DNA of 64,000 nucleotides from Deltaproteobacteria bacterium (lineage in GTDB: Bacteria > Desulfobacterota > Binatia > UBA1149 > CAYXZP01), in NCBI GenBank assembly GCA_046583365.1, contig JAYGCL010000079.1, positions 17,508 to 81,507 of the forward strand. The letters are read 5' to 3'. Positions within the stretch are counted from its first letter, which is position 1. Every line of letters begins with the position of its first letter. The position numbers and the translations under genes are program-made. Positions 57,168 to 64,000 of the stretch are shown one piece after another. The notes under the pieces were generated by a model. The model was not told the DNA's origin. It worked only from the letters and a program-made list of their open reading frames with translations, and made no database searches.

Positions 57168-58997
57168 ATGTGCGGTATCGTTGGTTACGTGGGCCATCGT
57201 CATGCCGCCGGTGTCCTGCTGTCGGGACTGAGAAAACTTGAGTACCGTGGCTACGATTCGGCCGGCGTGGCCACGGTGTGCGATGACGACATCGACGTGC
57301 GTCGTGCCGTCGGCAAACTCGACAACCTCCAGGCGGTGCTTGCCGAGAACCCGATCGGCGGAACCATCGGTATAGGCCATACCCGTTGGGCAACCCACGG
57401 CCGCCCATCCGAACAGAACGCCCACCCCCACCGTTCCGGCGATGTGGTGATTATCCACAATGGCATCATAGAAAATTACGTTGCCCTGCGTGAGCAGTTG
57501 GTCGCCGAGGGCAGAGAGATAGCCTCGGAGACCGATACCGAGGTGATTTCCCACTTGATTGACCGTGAGATGACCAACGGCCGCGATATTTTTGAGGCTA
57601 CCACGGCCGCTATCGTATATCTGGAGGGTTCTTTTGCACTGGTCTCCATGTCGAGCCGTGAGCCCGGACGCCTGGTGGCGGCCAAGAATGCGACACCGGT
57701 AGTCATAGGGGTGGGCGATGGAGAAAATTTTGTCGCTTCCGACATCCCGGCGGTTCTGGAATACACCCGCGACGTACTCTTTCTCGAAGACGGGGAAATA
57801 GCCGACATCGACCGGAGTGGGATAAGGATTTCAACGTTCGCAGGCCAGCAGGTTTCAAGGAAACCCAAACGCATCACATGGGACCCTATCACCGCTCAAA
57901 AGGGCGGCTACAAACACTTCCTCATAAAGGAAATCCACGAACAACCGCAGGCCGTTATCGATACTATGCGGGGCCGGATTGCACAGGACACGGGTGATGT
58001 GCTGCTCCCCGAACTGGAGGCTCTGGGCGACAGGCTCGACCGCATCAAGAGGGCCACGATTGTCGCCTGTGGAACTGCCTGGCACGCCGCTCTGGTCGGC
58101 AAGTTCATACTAGAACGTTTCGCCCGCATACCCACAGAGGTCGACTACGGCAGCGAGTTCCGCTACCGCGACCCGCTGGTAGACGATGAGACCCTTATCA
58201 TCGCGGTTTCTCAGTCGGGGGAAACGGCCGATACTCTGGCTCCCCTGCAGCAGGCCCAGGACAAGGGCGCCCTGGTGGTTTCGATCTGTAACGTTGTCGA
58301 CTCTTCTATCGCCCGTAAGTCGGATGCGGTTATCTATACTCATGCCGGTCCGGAAATCAGCGTGGCCAGCACCAAGGCTTTCACCACTCAACTGACCGCT
58401 CTTTACCTTGTCGGCTTGTTTCTCGGCCGCCGCTTCGGAGGCATCAACGAAAGGCTGGAATCCGAGTGCATACAGGCGCTGGTGGAGATGCCCAGCTTGA
58501 TGCAGCAAACCCTGTCTTGTGAGAGCCATGTAGCCAGGGCCGCACGGCGTTACGCGTCCTCGTCTGACGTTCTCTATATTGGCCGCGGCATCAACTACCC
58601 GATTGCCCTGGAGGGAGCGCTCAAACTCAAGGAGGTCTCCTATATACACGCCGAAGGTTATCCGGCCGGCGAAATGAAGCACGGACCCATAGCACTTATA
58701 GACGACAAGATGCCGGTGGTGGTCTTAATCCCCCGTGACGAGGTTTACAGCAAAACACTGAGCAACCTGCGCGAGGTGGAGTCCAGGGGAGGACGCATCA
58801 TAGCCTTGACCGACAAGGCCGATGACGAACTCACCAGCATAGCCGAGACCATCATCGAGGTGCCGACGACCAGTACCAGCCTCATGCCGGTGTTACTCGC
58901 TCTTCCCCTGCAACTGTTGGCCTACCACATCGCCGTAGAGCGCGGCACCGATATCGACCAACCCCGCAACCTGGCCAAGAGCGTAACCGTCGAGTAG
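57168..58997 (+). CDS. glmS: Glutamine-fructose-6-phosphate aminotransferase
   Basis: MCGIVGYVG Ntn-glutaminase start, two SIS domains, and the C-terminal ...KSVTVE. Confidence 0.92.
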   Translation: MCGIVGYVGHRHAAGVLLSGLRKLEYRGYDSAGVATVCDDDIDVRRAVGKLDNLQAVLAENPIGGTIGIGHTRWATHGRPSEQNAHPHRSGDVVIIHNGIIENYVALREQLVAEGREIASETDTEVISHLIDREMTNGRDIFEATTAAIVYLEGSFALVSMSSREPGRLVAAKNATPVVIGVGDGENFVASDIPAVLEYTRDVLFLEDGEIADIDRSGIRISTFAGQQVSRKPKRITWDPITAQKGGYKHFLIKEIHEQPQAVIDTMRGRIAQDTGDVLLPELEALGDRLDRIKRATIVACGTAWHAALVGKFILERFARIPTEVDYGSEFRYRDPLVDDETLIIAVSQSGETADTLAPLQQAQDKGALVVSICNVVDSSIARKSDAVIYTHAGPEISVASTKAFTTQLTALYLVGLFLGRRFGGINERLESECIQALVEMPSLMQQTLSCESHVARAARRYASSSDVLYIGRGINYPIALEGALKLKEVSYIHAEGYPAGEMKHGPIALIDDKMPVVVLIPRDEVYSKTLSNLREVESRGGRIIALTDKADDELTSIAETIIEVPTTSTSLMPVLLALPLQLLAYHIAVERGTDIDQPRNLAKSVTVE

Positions 58998-59001
58998 TAC
59001 C

Positions 59002-60159
59002 GTGTTTACACAGATGCCACCGGGGACCCTCCCCTCCAGCCAGACTGCGATATCCCCCGTAGAGGAGATCATCGAGGAACTGAGGGTGGGCCGTATGGTC
59101 ATCCTCATGGACGATGAGGATCGCGAGAACGAGGGCGACGTGGTGGTGGCGGCGGAAAAAGTCACCGTCGACCAGATCAATTTCATGCTCAAGCATGCCC
59201 GCGGTCTCATCTGCATGCCGATGTCGGAAGAGCGCCTCAAGGCGTTGGGCCTGCGCATGATGGTGGCCGAGAATACGTCTCCCCTGGGGACCGCGTTTAC
59301 CGTATCGATAGATGCGGTGGCCTGCCAGGGCACCGGCATGTCGGCCAGGGACCGCACCACAACCATACGTACGGCGGCTGGCGACGATGCTGCCGCCAGG
59401 GATTTTGTCGTTCCCGGACACGTTTTTCCCCTGCGCGCCCGCGACGGCGGGGTGTTGGTAAGGACGGGACAGACCGAGGGGACTGTAGACCTTTGCCGCT
59501 TGGCCGGGTTGAAGTCGGCCGGGGTTATTTGCGAGATTTTGAACGAGGACGGGACAATGGCCCGTCTTCCGGAAATCGTCAGGTTCGCCGGCCTTCACGG
59601 CCTCAAGATTGGAACGGTTGCCGATATTATCCAGCACCGCCTTGAAAACGAGTCTCACGTCAGCTGTGTCGCCACGGCGAGGTTGCCGACGAAATTCGGC
59701 GGCGATTTCACAGTTCACATCTACCATTCGAGCGTCGAAGAAGGCGAGCACACGGTGTTGGTAAAGGGCGAGATCGACCCCGACCGTCCGGTGCTCGTTC
59801 GTGCCCATGCCGAGTATCTTCCCGGCGACGTGTTTGCCTATACCCACAGAAACACGCGCGGGGTGCTGCACTCGGCCATGAGGATGATTGCCGAGGAAGG
59901 CGCGGGTGTGATTCTCTACGTGCGCCGCCGTGGGCGTGGTGCCGAGATTCTGGCCGAGGACACTGATGCGCCGGCCAGCACCAACCCTGCGGCCCGGCTC
60001 GCCAACTTCAAGGATTACGGTATCGGTGCCCAGATTCTGCGTGACCTTGGTGTACGCAAAATCCGCCTGCTCACGAACTCCCCGCCGCGTTTTGCCAACA
60101 TCGGGGGCTATGGCCTTGAGGTTGTCGAGGTTGTGGCCGTAGAACCTATCGATACGTAA
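59002..60159 (+). CDS. ribBA: RibBA-like protein: DHBP synthase domain fused to a GTP cyclohydrolase II-like domain that lacks the zinc-binding cysteines
   Basis: RibB half has RENEGDVVVAAE and PGHVFPLRA, but TGQTEG where characterised enzymes have GHTE. In the RibA half, RAHAEYLPGD and AYTHRNTRG replace the Cys-containing SEC-LTGD and LRCDCG motifs. Confidence 0.75.
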   Translation: MFTQMPPGTLPSSQTAISPVEEIIEELRVGRMVILMDDEDRENEGDVVVAAEKVTVDQINFMLKHARGLICMPMSEERLKALGLRMMVAENTSPLGTAFTVSIDAVACQGTGMSARDRTTTIRTAAGDDAAARDFVVPGHVFPLRARDGGVLVRTGQTEGTVDLCRLAGLKSAGVICEILNEDGTMARLPEIVRFAGLHGLKIGTVADIIQHRLENESHVSCVATARLPTKFGGDFTVHIYHSSVEEGEHTVLVKGEIDPDRPVLVRAHAEYLPGDVFAYTHRNTRGVLHSAMRMIAEEGAGVILYVRRRGRGAEILAEDTDAPASTNPAARLANFKDYGIGAQILRDLGVRKIRLLTNSPPRFANIGGYGLEVVEVVAVEPIDT

Positions 60160-60715
60160 CTACGAGGTAGTGGGTGTTGAGCCCCGAATTGGCCTCGGCC
60201 CAGAGGCCGGCGTGCGATATGTGGCGCAGACGGTAACCGAGGGACCAACGGTGGGGGTCGGCGGCGCCAAAAGTCACGCCCCCGCCTATCTGGTCGCTGA
60301 ACAGGATTCGCGAGCCGAGGTTGTAGCCACGCAGGTCCGAGTAGGCCAGACCCACGCCGCCTTCCACGAAGGGACGAATGCTGCGGTCTCTAAAGCCCTC
60401 GACCCTGACCATGGGAACCACCGAGAACTCCACGGTTTCGGTATCCTTGGTGGTAAAGCCCAACAGGGGTTCGACCACCAGGGACAGGTCGAGGCCGTAG
60501 GGTTCGGTTGCCCGCTCGACCGCGGCCGGGGGTTGGAAGGAGAAACGCCAGCCGATGGCGTAGGTGACCAGGTTGCGGCCGCCCTGCTTGTGGGAGTAGC
60601 CCACGGCCAATATGGGTCCGTTGGTTCGGGCCTGGTCGACGGTTTGGGTCTGGCCGACGGCTGGCAGCAGGAGCAGGGCCAGGACCAGCAGAGCTTTGGC
60701 TGTGAGTGTATCCAT
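60146..60715 (-). CDS. PagL-like outer-membrane acyloxyacyl hydrolase/lipid A deacylase family protein
   Basis: Signal peptide, small beta-barrel, and a C-terminal RHISHAG...SGLN resembling the PagL His/Ser catalytic region. Confidence 0.5.
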   Translation of the reverse strand: MDTLTAKALLVLALLLLPAVGQTQTVDQARTNGPILAVGYSHKQGGRNLVTYAIGWRFSFQPPAAVERATEPYGLDLSLVVEPLLGFTTKDTETVEFSVVPMVRVEGFRDRSIRPFVEGGVGLAYSDLRGYNLGSRILFSDQIGGGVTFGAADPHRWSLGYRLRHISHAGLWAEANSGLNTHYLVVTYR

Positions 60716-60800
60716 CGCGCTGGTGCTTAGCCGTCGGCCGGGGCACTGGCAAACGGGCTACTCGCAAATCCGACCGGGCTCGGCTAGCGTCCGAACTGCT

Positions 60801-62576
60801 GTGTTTTTAATCCCTGGCCGTTGGACCAAGGCGGTTCTTGCCGGTGCGGCCGTATTCGCTGCGGTCACGCTCGTGGGCGCCCTGCCGACCAGTGCGGCCG
60901 ATGAGCCCGTGGTTGCACGCGTTCGGGTACTACCGGCTACGGTGGCCGGGGGCGATGCCGCCGCGGTCACCGTCGAGATCGAGATCGCCGAGGGTTGGCA
61001 CATCAACAGCAGCCAGCCGGGGCCGGAGTTTCTCATCCCCACCCGTTTGGACTTCGAACTGCCCCCCGGTTTCACCGCCGGCCAGACAGTTTACCCCGGT
61101 GCCGTCAGCCGCCGTCTCAAGGTGGCCGGCAACCGTGAGTTCAACTTCTACGAGGGTAAAATCCTGCTCAGTACCCAACTGCGCTATGCACCGGTCGACG
61201 ACCGCAAAGGCGACGGTCCCGGACGACCGCTGGCGGTGCTCAGTTACCAGGCTTGTAGCGATACGCTATGCCTGAGGCCGGCCAGCATGAGGCTTGCCCT
61301 GGACCTGGAGTTTGCGTCGGCCGCCGCCACCACCCCGCCCCGAGCCGGACCCGGCCAGGATTCGGCGGGGGCGATTGCGCGGATGGTTGGTGGCGGTCTG
61401 TGGGTGGTGATTCCGGGCATGCTGCTTTTCGGACTGGCTCTGAATCTCACCCCCTGCGTGTATCCTCTTATCTCGGTGACGGTGGCCTATTTCGGCCGCC
61501 AGGCCGGGGGCAGTCCCCGCCGCCGTTTAGTCCTGGCCCTGGCCTACAGCCTGGGAATAGCGGTGACATTTTCTGCCCTTGGGGTCAGTGCGGCGCTGTC
61601 GGGATCCTTCTTCGGCAAGGCCCTGGCCAACCCTATGGTGTTGGTGGGGGTGGCCGCCTTGATGGTGGCCCTTGCCCTGTCCTGTTTCGGCCTCTACCAG
61701 ATCCGTGTTCCCGAGGTCGTCAATTCACGACTGGGGCGGGCCGCCGGTGGCGTCTTCGGCTCCCTGTTCATGGGCATGACCATGGGCGTGGTGGCCGCAC
61801 CTTGCGTGGGACCGGTGGTGGTCGGTTTGCTGATGTTTGTAGGCAGCCGCGGTGACGTGGGGCTTGGGCTGGGTCTGTTCTTTCTGTTGGCGCTCGGGCT
61901 GGGCCTGCCCTACGTGGTCCTGGCCATGGCCGCCGGTTCTCTGGACCGCCTGCCTCGGGCCGGCGACTGGCTGCAGTGGACCGAACACCTGTTCGGTTGT
62001 GTACTGTTGGCGGCGGCTCTGTATTTCGTGGGTCCCCTTCTCCCCGACAAGCTCAGTGGTGTAGCGATGCCGGTCTATCTGGCTCTGGCGGTGTTATACT
62101 TGGCCTTTTTCGACCCCGTCGGACGTCGGCACCGGGTTTTCCGCCTCCTGAGGGCGGTGGCCGGGACCGCCGCCCTGGCGGCGATTGCGGTCGTATACAT
62201 CCCTCAATCCGGGTCCCATGGGGCCCTTTCCTGGCAGCCTTTCTCCGATGAGGCCCTGGCCGTGGCCAAGGCCAGTGGCCGGCCTTTTGTTATCGAGTTC
62301 GGGGCCGATTGGTGTCTGCCCTGCAAGGAGATGGAAGAGCGGACCTTTACCGACCCCGCCGTCCTCGGGCAGGCCCAGGGGGTATTGTTCATAGAGGTGG
62401 ACATGACGACCTCTACAGGCTACACGGACCTTGTCTTGAAACGCTTCGACGTGCTCGGAGCGCCTACCACCCTGTTTTTCGATTCCGATGGCAAAGAGGC
62501 CGCCAGAAGGATAGGCTTTATAGGTCCGCAAGACTTTCGCGACCTGCTCGTAGAGACAACACGTGTCGGCGGATAG
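60801..62576 (+). CDS. dsbD: Thiol:disulfide interchange protein DsbD
   Basis: N-terminal DsbD-alpha-like domain, a central CcdA-like TM domain, and a C-terminal thioredoxin with WCLPC. GTG start at 60801 gives a signal peptide and removes the overlap with the PagL-like gene. Confidence 0.75.
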   Translation: MFLIPGRWTKAVLAGAAVFAAVTLVGALPTSAADEPVVARVRVLPATVAGGDAAAVTVEIEIAEGWHINSSQPGPEFLIPTRLDFELPPGFTAGQTVYPGAVSRRLKVAGNREFNFYEGKILLSTQLRYAPVDDRKGDGPGRPLAVLSYQACSDTLCLRPASMRLALDLEFASAAATTPPRAGPGQDSAGAIARMVGGGLWVVIPGMLLFGLALNLTPCVYPLISVTVAYFGRQAGGSPRRRLVLALAYSLGIAVTFSALGVSAALSGSFFGKALANPMVLVGVAALMVALALSCFGLYQIRVPEVVNSRLGRAAGGVFGSLFMGMTMGVVAAPCVGPVVVGLLMFVGSRGDVGLGLGLFFLLALGLGLPYVVLAMAAGSLDRLPRAGDWLQWTEHLFGCVLLAAALYFVGPLLPDKLSGVAMPVYLALAVLYLAFFDPVGRRHRVFRLLRAVAGTAALAAIAVVYIPQSGSHGALSWQPFSDEALAVAKASGRPFVIEFGADWCLPCKEMEERTFTDPAVLGQAQGVLFIEVDMTTSTGYTDLVLKRFDVLGAPTTLFFDSDGKEAARRIGFIGPQDFRDLLVETTRVGG

Positions 62577-62615
62577 CCGCGACGGCGCTTCCACTTTCAA
62601 CCCAGGAGTATTGCA

Positions 62616-63848
62616 ATCAAATTCAGTGAGTTAGATTTACCCGAATCCGTAAGACGGGGCATAGAGGCTGTCGGCTTTGTCGAGTGTACGCCTATTCAGG
62701 CCGAGACTCTGCCGCTGGCGCTCGTCGGCCGTAGCGTGGCCGGTCAAGCCCAGACTGGCACCGGCAAGACAGCGGCCTTTCTGATCGCCTCGTTTTCACG
62801 CCTGCTCGAGTTGCCCAAGCCTAAGATCCAGCGTCCGGTTTGCCCGCGCATGCTGGTGGTTGCCCCCACCCGCGAACTGGCCATACAGATCCGCGAGGAG
62901 GCCGACCTGCTCGGACGATTCACCGGGCTCTCCATGCACGCCGTCTACGGTGGCGTTGACTACGACAAACAGAGGGATCGTTTTAACAAACCCGTCGACG
63001 TGCTCATCGGCACCCCCGGACGGCTGATCGATTATTTCAAACAAAGGGTCTTTACGCTTAAAGACACAGAGATAGTCATCATCGACGAGGCCGACCGCAT
63101 GTTCGACATGGGCTTCATCGACGACATCCGCTACCTGCTTCGCAAGATGTCCAAACCATCGCAGCGGCAGTCCTTCCTGTGGTCGGCCACGCTCAGCCAG
63201 AGGGTTATGGAGTTGGCCTTCGAGCATCTGGGCGAAGTCGAGCGCATAGCCATCGACTCAGAAAACATAACCGCTGCCAATATAGATGCGCGAGTCTACC
63301 ATGTGGGGCAGGAAGACAAGTTTCCTCTTCTGCTCGGTATACTGAAGCGGGAAGCCCCCACCCGGTGTCTCATTTTTGTTAACATGCGCATTGAGGCCGC
63401 GAGGGTAAGTGAGAGGCTTGAGGGCGAAGGCTACCAGGTCGGTAAACTGGCCGGCGATATGGACCAGAAGAAGCGCCTTAAATTACTGTCGGGTTTCAAG
63501 GAAGGCCGCATAGGCATTATGGTTGCCACCGATGTCGCTTCGCGGGGCCTCCACATCGACGATGTGAGCCACGTCATAAACTATGATCTCCCCCAGGATC
63601 CTGAAGACTATGTCCACCGTATCGGGCGGACGGCACGGGCCGGGGCTTCGGGCAAAGCGCTGTCGTTGGCCTGTGAAAAATACGTGTACTCGCTGGAGGC
63701 CATAGAGGAGTTTATAGGCGGGCGTATTCCGTTTGAGTTTGCCTCCGACGATATGCTCGTAAAGCCGCGTACCTCCCGCTACCGACGCCGCAGTCGGCCG
63801 CCGGCAAGGGGGGGGGGACGGGGGCGCAGTCGGGCTTCGGCGTCCTGA
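62616..63848 (+). CDS. rhlB: DEAD-box ATP-dependent RNA helicase (RhlB-like) with RGG-rich tail. The 5-prime boundary is approximate: no canonical start codon is available.
   Basis: Q-motif region FVECTPIQAETLP, AQTGTGKT, DEAD (IIDEADRM), SAT, HRIGRTARAG, and an arginine/glycine-rich C-terminus. The reading frame is open back to the dsbD stop. Confidence 0.8.
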   Translation: MKFSELDLPESVRRGIEAVGFVECTPIQAETLPLALVGRSVAGQAQTGTGKTAAFLIASFSRLLELPKPKIQRPVCPRMLVVAPTRELAIQIREEADLLGRFTGLSMHAVYGGVDYDKQRDRFNKPVDVLIGTPGRLIDYFKQRVFTLKDTEIVIIDEADRMFDMGFIDDIRYLLRKMSKPSQRQSFLWSATLSQRVMELAFEHLGEVERIAIDSENITAANIDARVYHVGQEDKFPLLLGILKREAPTRCLIFVNMRIEAARVSERLEGEGYQVGKLAGDMDQKKRLKLLSGFKEGRIGIMVATDVASRGLHIDDVSHVINYDLPQDPEDYVHRIGRTARAGASGKALSLACEKYVYSLEAIEEFIGGRIPFEFASDDMLVKPRTSRYRRRSRPPARGGGRGRSRASAS

Positions 63849-63855
63849 CAATCTG

Positions 63856-64000
63856 ATGGCACTGGCCGCCACACTGGCCTGCCTGTCTCTTTACTGGCTG
63901 GGGTACCGTTTTTACGCCACTTACATTTGCCGACGCGTCTACTCCTTGTCACCCGTGGCCGTTACCCCGGCCCACGCTCTGCGCGACGATGTCGACTATC
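63856..64000 (+). CDS. cstA: Carbon starvation protein A, N-terminal fragment (runs off window)
   Basis: MALAATLACLSLYWLGYRFYATYICRRVYSL...PAHALRDDVDY matches the CstA N-terminus. Confidence 0.5.
   Translation, partial: MALAATLACLSLYWLGYRFYATYICRRVYSLSPVAVTPAHALRDDVDY

Noticed and set aside
56535-57554. 339-aa minus-strand ORF
   Set aside because: Antisense to glmU and glmS.
57165-59001. glmS ribozyme or FMN riboswitch near glmS/ribBA, and FMN riboswitch before ribE
   Set aside because: No leader space. glmU-glmS-ribBA are separated by 3-4 bp, and ribE starts 1 bp after the upstream gene. glmS ribozymes are essentially confined to Gram-positives.
58882-59871. 329-aa minus-strand ORF
   Set aside because: Antisense to the glmS 3-prime end and ribBA.

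Overview
High-GC (about 65-68%) bacterial chromosomal window that spans the replication-origin neighbourhood. gyrA, gyrB, dnaN and dnaA sit on the minus strand. dnaA is flanked on both sides by DnaA boxes and an AT-rich candidate unwinding element. hemL and a split F0 ATP-synthase cluster (atpZ-like, atpI, atpB, atpE) follow on the plus strand, and the c subunit carries a signal-peptide-like N-terminal extension. The rest is mostly housekeeping and accessory metabolism: pyrE, two acyl-CoA dehydrogenases, a DUF3604-like PHP-type lipoprotein, a parvulin-type PPIase, a HupE/UreJ membrane protein, and a CNNM/CorC transporter. A MerR-regulated cluster carries glpD, an AGPS-like FAD oxidase, a glpK-like kinase and a HAD phosphatase. 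A DsbA/HCCA-isomerase gene remnant (pseudogene) sits beside a SnoaL-like gene, and there are two LOG-family genes. A minus-strand operon encodes a coiled-coil porin, an FMN-binding lipoprotein, a His-rich 4-TM membrane protein and an ApbE flavin transferase, and it shares a Fur-box-like divergent promoter with exbB-exbD-tonB. The remaining calls are glcDEF with a divergent alanine-glyoxylate aminotransferase, mltA, SDRs, phosphatidylcholine synthase (pcs), ribE, ubiB, and ccmABC plus an unannotated ccmD. Further on come an IPCT/DIPPS-like nucleotidyltransferase/CDP-alcohol phosphotransferase fusion, a UbiA prenyltransferase, a thiolase, ogt, a Usp-like gene, an SdiA-regulated/YjiK-like gene with no in-frame start codon near a G7 tract, glmU-glmS, ribBA with degenerate catalytic motifs, a PagL-like gene, dsbD, a DEAD-box helicase with no canonical start codon, and a partial cstA. 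No tRNA, rRNA, CRISPR array or obvious mobile element was seen. Many long antisense ORFs in the six-frame track are high-GC artefacts. The window's most unusual content is the Fur-linked ApbE/FMN-binding operon, the AGPS-like gene inside a glycerol-phosphate cluster, and the IPCT/DIPPS-like fusion gene.
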